A stretch of DNA of 64,000 nt from a virus (Duplodnaviria; Heunggongvirae; Uroviricota; Caudoviricetes): IMG/VR virus record IMGVR_UViG_3300014205_000001, positions 1 to 64,000 of that record; one strand, written 5' to 3'. Below are positions 20,509 to 27,666 of this stretch, in pieces (position 1 is the stretch's first letter; each line of letters starts with the position of its first letter). A program made the position numbers and the translations under genes. The notes beneath the pieces are model-generated. The model ran no database searches. It saw only the letters and a list, made by a program, of their open reading frames with translations, and was not told the origin of the DNA.

Positions 20509-21668
20509 TTATGAGAAATTGCTGTTAAATATTTTAATTTGTAGTGCTGATTTAAAACATCTCCTAAATCTTTACCTTCGTAACCTTGTTGTTGAAATTT
20601 TTTCGTTGTTTCAGTAGAAGGACGGAAATCAACTAAATATTTCAAGTACTTTGAATTGTTCCCAAAAGACAATATATCTTCTGGGTATAATGAACACGAT
20701 TTCCATTGTTTATAAAATAATAACGGATGAAACAGTTTAACATGTACATCATCTGCATTACAATAGTTCAACAAAAAATCTACATTATTACAAATCACAG
20801 TAGGAAATTTACGTTCAATTAAAATTCCTTTTGCAATCGTAGGTACATATTTGCAAATTGCTGCAATCCAACAGCTAAAAGATTTGATTTTATCGTATTC
20901 CACAAAATCAAGTGCAATAGTGGGTACACTTACAAAAATTGTTGTATTTAATTTGCTATTGAATAGTAATTCAGTTGTATATTTTAAATCAAAAGATGAT
21001 GAATAAATAGTAGCTAATTCATTATAGATACGTTCGTATGTAACATTTAACGACGGATCATCCTGAATTGCTTTTAAGGTAAATTCTTCAATTTTGAAAT
21101 TTAAACGTGCTGCAAAACGTATTGCACGAAGTTTACGTAAATTATCTTCTTCAAAACGAAAAAAAGGATTACCTACAGCGCGGATTACACCTAACCATAA
21201 ATCACGAATACCACCTACCAAATCAATTACAGTATTTTGACTGATGTTGTAAAATAACGCATTGATTGTAAAGTCCCGACGTAACACATCATCAAACATT
21301 GTTACACCAAATCTAACTTCAGTATTTCTGTCAGATGTGTTATTTAAATCTTCGCGAAATGTTGCAATTTCGTATACAACATCATGTAATACAACTGCAA
21401 CGACACCAAAATGTTCACCTTGAAGTTGACATTGAATATTGGCGCGTTTCATTAATTCAATCACCTTGTTAGGTAACAAATTAGTACATAAGTCATAATC
21501 TTTAGGAGTTTTACGTAAAAATACATCACGTATACAACCACCCACTAAATATAGTTCATAACCATTTTCTTCAAATATATTTGCCAATTGACGAATATCA
21601 GAATTGAGATTGTGACGCAAGTACCATTCAACTTGAAATTTGAAACGTATTTTATTTAGTTTGAACAT
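20505..21668 (-). CDS. cca: tRNA nucleotidyltransferase (class II CCA-adding enzyme / poly(A) polymerase family)
   Basis: LYLVGGCIRD...KDYD, EIATFR, RRDFTINAL, FEEDNLRKLRAIRFAARL motifs. Confidence 0.88.
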   Translation of the reverse strand: MFKLNKIRFKFQVEWYLRHNLNSDIRQLANIFEENGYELYLVGGCIRDVFLRKTPKDYDLCTNLLPNKVIELMKRANIQCQLQGEHFGVVAVVLHDVVYEIATFREDLNNTSDRNTEVRFGVTMFDDVLRRDFTINALFYNISQNTVIDLVGGIRDLWLGVIRAVGNPFFRFEEDNLRKLRAIRFAARLNFKIEEFTLKAIQDDPSLNVTYERIYNELATIYSSSFDLKYTTELLFNSKLNTTIFVSVPTIALDFVEYDKIKSFSCWIAAICKYVPTIAKGILIERKFPTVICNNVDFLLNYCNADDVHVKLFHPLLFYKQWKSCSLYPEDILSFGNNSKYLKYLVDFRPSTETTKKFQQQGYEGKDLGDVLNQHYKLKYLTAISHK

Positions 21669-22245
21669 TTTGCGTAAGTTGTGTAAAAATTTCTTGTACT
21701 TGTGGATTTAAATTTTCTAACGAATTATTATGAATTACGAAATCAGAATTTTGTATTTTAAAATCTTGAGGTAATTGTGCATTTATTCGTTTATAAATAT
21801 CTGTTGTAGTTAATTCAGGATTACGTAATAAAATACGGCTAATTCGTAAAGTTTCAGCAGCGTCTACAGTAATTATTTTATCGACAATTTTTTGATGATT
21901 TGCTTCAAATAAAAGCGCTGTTTCATAAACAATGAAAGGATAAGTTCCTTTAACTGAAGCAACAAATTCTTTAAATTTACGTTCAATGACAGGTAAATAT
22001 AATTCGTTTACTTTCATTCGTATATTAATATCTGAAAACATTAAATCAGATACATATTTACGATTTAATGAACCGTCAGTTAAATATGCTTCTGTGCCAA
22101 TAATTTCAATTAATTGATCTTTAACTTCTTCGTTTGATTCTTTAGCACTTTTATCACTATCAAAAATAGGACAGCCTAATTGCTGAAATATTTTTGCAAC
22201 TGTTGTTTTACCACAACCAATACCTCCTGTTAAACCTACGATCAT
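21652..22245 (-). CDS. coaE: dephospho-CoA kinase
   Basis: IVGLTGGIGCGKTTV, DGSLNRK, YETALLFEA, RINAQLP. Confidence 0.88.
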   Translation of the reverse strand: MIVGLTGGIGCGKTTVAKIFQQLGCPIFDSDKSAKESNEEVKDQLIEIIGTEAYLTDGSLNRKYVSDLMFSDINIRMKVNELYLPVIERKFKEFVASVKGTYPFIVYETALLFEANHQKIVDKIITVDAAETLRISRILLRNPELTTTDIYKRINAQLPQDFKIQNSDFVIHNNSLENLNPQVQEIFTQLTQNVQTK

Positions 22246-22527
22246 TTATTTTTTAGGTGCTAATTCTCTGAATTTATTATTTGTGATTTTATCACCGCCG
22301 TTTAAATTTGAATCTTCTACTAAATTAACTGTACAACCATTTACAGCTTCAATTAATAACATTCCATCGACGTGCATTGATTTTTCTTTGACTATTGGAT
22401 TTTCTTTGATCTTTAAACGAGCATCGTTAAAATCTTCAGCAACCACAAACATGTTTGTGTGACATTCGTAAGTTCCACTACTAACTTCATCGTAATATCC
22501 TAAATGTATTAAAAATAATTGTTTCAT
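22246..22527 (-). CDS. DUF1543-like protein
   Basis: LFLIHLGYY...ECHTNMFVVAED...MHVDG. Confidence 0.6.
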   Translation of the reverse strand: MKQLFLIHLGYYDEVSSGTYECHTNMFVVAEDFNDARLKIKENPIVKEKSMHVDGMLLIEAVNGCTVNLVEDSNLNGGDKITNNKFRELAPKK

Positions 22528-22596
22528 TTTATTTGATTGTTATTACAATTATATGTTTAATCTAAAACAAATGAAAATATTTACTATATAAACTAT

Positions 22597-22860
22597 ATGA
22601 TAATTTTACTTTACATTTTAATTGCGCATCTTTCATTTATCGTACTTCTTAAACAAGGAAATGTGATTAGTGACAAACAATATTTTGAATCATTATTTTG
22701 GTCATATTGCTGGCCTTTTGATTTATTTTATAATGGTAATCATGCACCATTCTACGAACGAATGGATAAATGCGTTCAGTATGTTACTGATATTAATGAA
22801 AAATCACGTAATTTTTTATACTTTGCATTATTTGGTATAGGTGAAGAAACGACTAATTAA
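22597..22860 (+). CDS. hypothetical membrane protein
   Basis: hydrophobic N-terminus; own AAAC-N16-TATATA promoter motif. Confidence 0.55.
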   Translation: MIILLYILIAHLSFIVLLKQGNVISDKQYFESLFWSYCWPFDLFYNGNHAPFYERMDKCVQYVTDINEKSRNFLYFALFGIGEETTN

Positions 22861-23535
22861 TTCAAATTTTTTGTTTTCTTCTAAAGTATCACCGTGCATA
22901 TAATATGCACCTGTTTCTGCAATATCTTCACAAATATCTGTTGCTGCATAAGGTGACACAAAATCGGGTATGATCATCCATTCAAATTGTAAATGTTTTT
23001 CAAACCATGCAGTATTTTGAAAATATAAAGCATGCATAATTTCATGATACAGAACTGTTTCAATATCATCATCGCCACATTTAGCAGCTATATCAATTGC
23101 TGATGAAGGATGTCCTGTATAATAGGTCAAACCTACAACATTATCACCAAATGATGACCAACCAATTAACGAAATACTACTAATACATTTTATTTGTTTA
23201 TCACTAAAATGAGTATAGATGCAATTAGCTAAACGTTCACGATATTTATCGTATTCAGCAAATTGACCATCTACATATCTACTATCATTGCCATTTCGAA
23301 ATAGTGCACGAATATTATTTAAACGTATCGTATCTTCGTATTTAATAGGTTCAGGTTTAACTTCGATTATAGGTTCAGTTATTGGTCCTTGTGTAGTATC
23401 AATTTGATGTTGAGGAACAAAAGGATTGTTTTTAATCCAACTTTTAATTTGCGGATTGATAGTAAAGATATTAAAATAAAAAGCCACACCCAGAAGTATG
23501 AGTGTGGTGTAGACAAACGTGTGAATAGTTTTCAA
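22828..23535 (-). CDS. membrane-anchored zincin-like metallopeptidase
   Basis: N-terminal TM; HEIMH and FVSPYAATDICEDIAE motifs. Confidence 0.7.
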   Translation of the reverse strand: MKTIHTFVYTTLILLGVAFYFNIFTINPQIKSWIKNNPFVPQHQIDTTQGPITEPIIEVKPEPIKYEDTIRLNNIRALFRNGNDSRYVDGQFAEYDKYRERLANCIYTHFSDKQIKCISSISLIGWSSFGDNVVGLTYYTGHPSSAIDIAAKCGDDDIETVLYHEIMHALYFQNTAWFEKHLQFEWMIIPDFVSPYAATDICEDIAETGAYYMHGDTLEENKKFELISRFFTYTK

Positions 23536-23555
23536 GAGATATTGTATTTAATTAG

Positions 23556-23626
23556 TCGCGCTAGCAAGAATCGAACTTGCGACAAAGGCTTATGAGACCC
23601 CTGAGATACCACTTCACTATAGCGCG
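23556..23626 (-). tRNA. tRNA with CAT anticodon (Met, initiator-like; Ile2 not excluded)
   Basis: CGCGCTA...GGGGT CTCATAA GCCTT...GCAAG TTCGATT CTTGC TAGCGCG A. Confidence 0.85.
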
Positions 23627-24045
23627 GTATTTAATAATTGAATTGCTTTATCAGCTAATTCTTCAGTTAAACCTAAATATGAAATAGGTTGTATAAAATT
23701 TTTTAATTCATTGTAGTTACTAATTCCTTGCATTTTATCATCCAGAATCACGTAATTAGACCACTGATTTTCATCCAGCCAATGTTTTATTTCTAATCCT
23801 CGATCAACTCCCCAGATAGGTGTAATCCCAATCACATCAACACCAACACCATTTTGTAAAAAGATATTTTGTAAGTCGTTTATATTAGGCCAACGTACTC
23901 TCCAAGTAGAAGTTACTACACATTGTGCATTTGTTTCATCTACTATTCGATTATATTGTTCAACACATTTTTTACCCCATGTTCGTTTACTATGACCATA
24001 AAATGGAAATAATACTCCGTCTATATCTGTAAAAATTATGTTCAT
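23617..24045 (-). CDS. HAD-family phosphatase (Swiss-Army-knife RNA-repair-like HAD)
   Basis: IIFTDIDGVL, VTSTWR, RGLEIKHWL, YVILDD. Confidence 0.8.
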   Translation of the reverse strand: MNIIFTDIDGVLFPFYGHSKRTWGKKCVEQYNRIVDETNAQCVVTSTWRVRWPNINDLQNIFLQNGVGVDVIGITPIWGVDRGLEIKHWLDENQWSNYVILDDKMQGISNYNELKNFIQPISYLGLTEELADKAIQLLNTAL

Positions 24046-24266
24046 ATTCTATCAAAATACTTAATCCAACTTTCTAAATCTTCGTATTTTATATATGTTT
24101 TGTTTTTATTAATTGTGTGCCCAATGTAAAGTTTGTTATCGACAATATAAATTCGTGTGAATTTTCTTGTGTAATAACCAATGTCCTCAACAAATTGCAT
24201 CATCTTCATTTTCTTTGGAAAATCAATTTTGACACCATTAATTCTAATATCGTTTGATTGTTCCAT
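24042..24266 (-). CDS. hypothetical protein
   Basis: 74-aa ORF within tRNA cluster. Confidence 0.5.
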   Translation of the reverse strand: MEQSNDIRINGVKIDFPKKMKMMQFVEDIGYYTRKFTRIYIVDNKLYIGHTINKNKTYIKYEDLESWIKYFDRI

Positions 24267-24267
24267 G

Positions 24268-24392
24268 AAAGAAATATTGGATTCGAACCAATGGCACTAA
24301 TAAAGGGGTTCATGTATAAATACAATCGGTGCTCCTTGTTCATGTTGCATCCTGGACCAAGCACACAACGTTACCGGCTTTTCCAATTTCTT
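24268..24392 (-). ncRNA. 125-nt tRNA-like RNA (acceptor stem and T arm, enlarged body)
   Basis: AAGAAAT...ATTTCTT acceptor, ATTGG TTCGAAT CCAAT T arm, two internal hairpins, no canonical anticodon arm. Confidence 0.65.
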
Positions 24393-24393
24393 G

Positions 24394-24465
24394 TAGGCAA
24401 GCCGGGAGTTGAACCCGGATTCCGAACTTATCAGGTTCGTGTGCTAACCGCTCTACTACATGCCT
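24394..24465 (-). tRNA. tRNA-Ile(GAT)
   Basis: CGAAC CTGATAA GTTCG anticodon arm; CCGGG TTCAACT CCCGG T arm. Confidence 0.9.
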
Positions 24466-24468
24466 ATA

Positions 24469-24681
24469 TTATTTTAAATATGTATCGTGAATAACGTAAT
24501 TATCTTCACATTCTTTATTCCATAATTTTTTAATGTCTTCATCTGATAAAGAATCGACATCAACATTATTTTCGTGGATGTAATTATCCAATTTTGAAAG
24601 CATAGCATCTCTTTTTGTTTTATAGACACCTCTTACGCAATCCCATCCTGATTCAGGATTTGTTACAACATATACATTCAT
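24469..24681 (-). CDS. hypothetical protein
   Basis: 70-aa ORF between two tRNA-Ile genes. Confidence 0.55.
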   Translation of the reverse strand: MNVYVVTNPESGWDCVRGVYKTKRDAMLSKLDNYIHENNVDVDSLSDEDIKKLWNKECEDNYVIHDTYLK

Positions 24682-24697
24682 TTTATTTAAATTTTAG

Positions 24698-24769
24698 TGG
24701 GCATACCTGGAATCGAACCAGGGTTACGACATTATCAGTGTCGCGTGCTAACCATTCTACTATACGCCC
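24698..24769 (-). tRNA. tRNA-Ile(GAT)
   Basis: CGACA CTGATAA TGTCG; CCTGG TTCGATT CCAGG. Confidence 0.92.
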
Positions 24770-24774
24770 TTTTA

Positions 24775-24856
24775 ACAGCCGAACAAAATTGCACCTTTGT
24801 CTAAGTTCAGTAACGCTATCAGGTGCGCACCTGCTGAACATTCTATTTAGGGCTGC
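24775..24856 (-). ncRNA. structured GC-rich element in tRNA array (candidate ncRNA or degenerate tRNA)
   Basis: GCAGCC/GGCTGT closing stem, GTTCAG/CTGAAC stem enclosing CAGGT-GCGC-ACCTG, and GACAAAG-GTGCAA-TTTTGTT hairpin. Confidence 0.45.
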
Positions 24857-25042
24857 TTGTTAATCAAAGTCAAAATCTATTCCGTCATCTGGAAAATCAA
24901 TATCATCAAAGAGATATGCAATCCATAAAAAACCTTTTTTATAATCGTTAGTCATTACACCGATCACTAATGCGATAAAAATGTAAACTAATACACACCA
25001 CAAAACTATTTTCCAAATCATAATTTTAAATTTAAACGTTTG

Positions 25043-25114
25043 AGTCCCTAACAAGACTTGCACTTGTTTACCAGGTTTTGCAGACCAGTGTCATAACTAT
25101 TCGACCATAGGGAC
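25043..25114 (-). tRNA. tRNA-Cys(GCA)
   Basis: GTCCCTA/TAGGGAC acceptor, CTGCAAA loop, U73 discriminator; variant T loop. Confidence 0.85.
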
Positions 25115-25123
25115 ATTTAATTG

Positions 25124-25203
25124 AGCTGGTGATAGGACTCGAACCTACGATGTTTGTTTACCACTTTACAAGAGTGGTGCAATCGCCACTATGCGACACC
25201 AGC
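25124..25203 (-). tRNA. tRNA-Thr(TGT), enlarged variable region
   Basis: CCACT CTTGTAA AGTGG; 12-nt variable region. Confidence 0.88.
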
Positions 25204-25215
25204 ATTTTATTGTTG

Positions 25216-25299
25216 AGCTTGGTGAGGGATTCGAACCCCCGACTGGATTTCTCCTCCTGATTACAAATCAGGTGCGTTAGGCCACTGCGCTAACCAAGC
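25216..25299 (-). tRNA. tRNA-Thr(TGT), long variable arm
   Basis: CCTGA TTTGTAA TCAGG; variable arm GGA-GAAA-TCC. Confidence 0.88.
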
Positions 25300-25311
25300 A
25301 TTTTATTTTTG

Positions 25312-25383
25312 TAGGTAATGCTGGACTTGAACCAGCTTTAAGTGTGTATAAGACACCTGTGCTAACCCATCTACTAATTACCC
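25312..25383 (-). tRNA. tRNA-Ile(TAT)
   Basis: GGTGT CTTATAC ACACT; D arm like the two Ile(GAT) genes; A73. Confidence 0.85.
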
Positions 25384-25560
25384 TAGTATGATGAGCTTTG
25401 TATTCGATCTTTGTTCATGATAACATTTTTATTAATAATTTTTCTTTGTCGTACTTTGCTTTTGTTTTTTCGTATTCTTCTTTGGTAACAGAATTTTTAT
25501 AGTTAGTAGAATTTAATCTTTTTTCTAAAAATTCTAAATATTCTTTACGTTGTTGAATAG

Positions 25561-25797
25561 TTACTTCTTTTTTCTTTGCCATTTTATTTCACCTACTTTT
25601 TTAGCTTCATGTACATTATTTGCTTTTACAAATTGTGATTTTGTAAAATCTCCCCATTCATCGTTAGGATCGTGATGTCCTTTCTGACCAATAGCAATTG
25701 AATATTCATGTGTAAGTTTAATAAATAAATTTCCATTTACTGATTGCCATACATCGTAAATGTTTAAATCAAATTCTGTTTTCTTCTTCTTTGCCAT
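25561..25797 (-). CDS. hypothetical protein
   Basis: 78-aa basic ORF in tRNA cluster. Confidence 0.55.
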   Translation of the reverse strand: MAKKKKTEFDLNIYDVWQSVNGNLFIKLTHEYSIAIGQKGHHDPNDEWGDFTKSQFVKANNVHEAKKVGEIKWQRKKK

Positions 25798-25812
25798 TAT
25801 AAAAAATATTTG

Positions 25813-25885
25813 TTGGGACTATAGGAATTGAACCTATTATCTCTACCTCATACGGTAGCGTTTTCACCAGCTAAACTAAATCCCA
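25813..25885 (-). tRNA. tRNA-like gene with 6-nt anticodon loop (undetermined or pseudo)
   Basis: TGGGATT/AGTCCCA acceptor, normal D and T arms, CTACC GTATGA GGTAG. Confidence 0.65.
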
Positions 25886-25945
25886 AAACATAAGTATTAT
25901 GTGCACTAATATTTTATGTTTATTATTACCTTCCGATAATAATTG

Positions 25946-26026
25946 TACCCATACTCGGACTCGAACCGAGACACCCGAAGGTACTCGTTTCTAAAACGAG
26001 CGCGTCTACCATTCCGCCATACGGGC
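25946..26026 (-). tRNA. tRNA-Leu(TAG)
   Basis: CTCGT TTTAGAA ACGAG, long variable arm, A73. Confidence 0.93.
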
Positions 26027-26031
26027 ATTTT

Positions 26032-26138
26032 AAATAATTGGTTGGATTCGAACCAACGAAAAGTTTTCTTGTATACTGACTTTCACAGTTAACTTCCCTT
26101 CTATGGGAATACCTTGCCACCTCAGTCATCAACCATTT
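26032..26138 (-). ncRNA. ~105-nt tRNA-like RNA (acceptor stem and T arm, non-canonical body)
   Basis: AAATGGTTG/CAATTATTT stem, GTTGG TTCGAAT CCAAC T arm, hairpins TTCCC-ATAGAA-GGGAA and ACTG-TGAAAGT-CAGT. Confidence 0.6.
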
Positions 26139-26140
26139 AG

Positions 26141-26221
26141 TGTCCAAGAAGGGAGTCGAACCCTCATGCATTTCTGCGGCAGTTTTTGAAACTGCTGTGG
26201 CTGCCGTTACACCACTCGGAC
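26141..26221 (-). tRNA. tRNA-Leu(CAA)
   Basis: GCAGT TTCAAAA ACTGC, long variable arm. Confidence 0.92.
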
Positions 26222-26674
26222 ATTTTTTAATCTTTTTAATTTTTTGTTTTTAGAACAATATGTCTCTGTCTGCGAATGACAGTTAGGACAAAGTATTCTT
26301 AAATTTTTTAATCGATGATTTGTTTTATCTCCATCAATGTGATCAAGTTCGCAATTAATAGGTTTATTATTCCATTCATCAATTTCACATTCTTCACATT
26401 TGTTAAGTTTTAATCCTTCTTTAATTAAACGTAATTTTAATTTATACGTAGAATATTGTGGATGTAAACCTTTAAGAATATCTTTTAATTTGAATTTATG
26501 CAATTCATATTCATAATCTTCTCTTTTAATTCCTTTTCGTCCTTGATTAGCTTTATAACAACCTAATTTCTTTGCCAATCTAATAAAAGGATTTCTATTC
26601 AATCCTAAAATTTCTGCAGCTTCGCGCATTGTTTTTGCTTCATTGCATACTTTTATAAATTCTGTTTCATTCAT
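26207..26674 (-). CDS. HNH homing endonuclease inserted in tRNA array
   Basis: N-terminal HTH; CEEC...LDHIDGDKTNHRLKNLRILCPNCHSQT. Confidence 0.9.
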   Translation of the reverse strand: MNETEFIKVCNEAKTMREAAEILGLNRNPFIRLAKKLGCYKANQGRKGIKREDYEYELHKFKLKDILKGLHPQYSTYKLKLRLIKEGLKLNKCEECEIDEWNNKPINCELDHIDGDKTNHRLKNLRILCPNCHSQTETYCSKNKKLKRLKNVRVV

Positions 26675-26728
26675 AATTTATATATGAATTAACAGTAGTC
26701 ATGTTAGAAATTTATTCTAACATGAAAG

Positions 26729-26810
26729 TAACCCCGACGAGAGTCGAACTCGTACGCCTTACGGCACAGCATTTTAAGTGCTGCGTGTCTACCAGTTCCA
26801 CCACGGAGTC
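26729..26810 (-). tRNA. tRNA-Leu(TAA)
   Basis: CAGCA CTTAAAA TGCTG, long variable arm. Confidence 0.93.
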
Positions 26811-26819
26811 ATTTGGTAG

Positions 26820-26903
26820 TAGCCCTGGTGGGACTTGAACCCACACGATCTTGCGATCAACGGATTTTAAGTCCGTCGCCTATGCCAATTCGGCTACAGG
26901 GCC
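26820..26903 (-). tRNA. tRNA-Leu(TAA)
   Basis: ACGGA CTTAAAA TCCGT, long variable arm. Confidence 0.93.
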
Positions 26904-26912
26904 ATTTAAATA

Positions 26913-26928
26913 CAATATGTCAAAGACC
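26913..26928 (-). promoter_or_regulatory. boxA-like antitermination site
   Basis: GGTCTTTGACATATTG, resembling the boxA of Bacteroidota rRNA operons, 9 nt before the first tRNA. Confidence 0.55.
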
Positions 26929-26958
26929 TTACAATTATAAACTTTACTAAATCGTCGT

Positions 26959-26993
26959 AAAAACAAAAGGACCAATTTAAATTGGTCCTTTGT
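26959..26993 (-). terminator. attenuator terminator of the Leu/Ile/Thr/Cys/Met tRNA array
   Basis: AAAGGACCAAT-TTAA-ATTGGTCCTTT then TGTTTTT. Confidence 0.85.
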
Positions 26994-27015
26994 AAGTTTT
27001 ATTTAGTTACTAACA

Positions 27016-27090
27016 TTAGACCATAGAGCAGTTACATAACATTGTTATGCAAATAATCGTAAGTGTTAATATTAGTGTTGAAGTTTTCAT
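27016..27090 (-). CDS. leader peptide MKTSTLILTLTIICITMLCNCSMV
   Basis: 24-codon ORF between promoter and terminator; 18 of 23 non-initiator codons are Thr/Leu/Ile/Cys/Met. Confidence 0.85.
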   Translation of the reverse strand: MKTSTLILTLTIICITMLCNCSMV

Positions 27091-27095
27091 TGATA

Positions 27096-27174
27096 AGTTA
27101 TATATAAAAGTTTTTGTTGTTTGTTTAATTAATATAGTACAATTATAAGAATATTTTTTAATTCGTGAAAATTA
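27096..27174 (-). promoter_or_regulatory. promoter cassette of tRNA array 1 (close copy at 45864-45940)
   Basis: TTATAATTGTA motif plus TAAAC-N16-TATATATA. Confidence 0.7.
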
Positions 27175-27666
27175 TTGTTTATGAACGTAATTAAAATCTT
27201 GTAAAATCTTTATTGTTTTTGGGCTTAATACCCAATCTAAATTTCTGACTCCAAATTTCGCCGATAAATTATCATAGTCTTGGCGATGTTCCATATTATA
27301 CATTGCTAAATTCATTCTGCCTGATGCTGCAAGTTCTGTGTAATGTTTTATATCGTCAAAATTAAATTTGCTTATAGCACCATATACGACATCGTATACT
27401 TCAGAATATGTTTTAACGGGTAGTTGTTTTAATTGAGGATTTAAATTTAAAATAGTGTAATACATTTGACCACACTTATCAAAATCATCTTTTTCCCAAG
27501 CTTTAAAAAATTCATTTGCAAAAGTATCTGGGTCTGAATTTAATTTCCAATCAGTATAAATAGAATCTAAACCAATTTTAAGTCCTAATAAATACGAAGG
27601 AAAATATTGTTTACCTGTTAAACGACCTTCTACTATTTTACGAAATTCGTTAATAGAAGTAATCAT
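27172..27666 (-). CDS. MITSINEFRK-family protein (putative head-packaged protein)
   Basis: shared N-terminal decapeptide. Confidence 0.65.
   Translation of the reverse strand: MITSINEFRKIVEGRLTGKQYFPSYLLGLKIGLDSIYTDWKLNSDPDTFANEFFKAWEKDDFDKCGQMYYTILNLNPQLKQLPVKTYSEVYDVVYGAISKFNFDDIKHYTELAASGRMNLAMYNMEHRQDYDNLSAKFGVRNLDWVLSPKTIKILQDFNYVHKQ

Noticed and set aside
24258-26171. ORFs 24258..24494, 24615..24863 and 25926..26171
   Set aside because: They are translations of tRNA or tRNA-like sequence.
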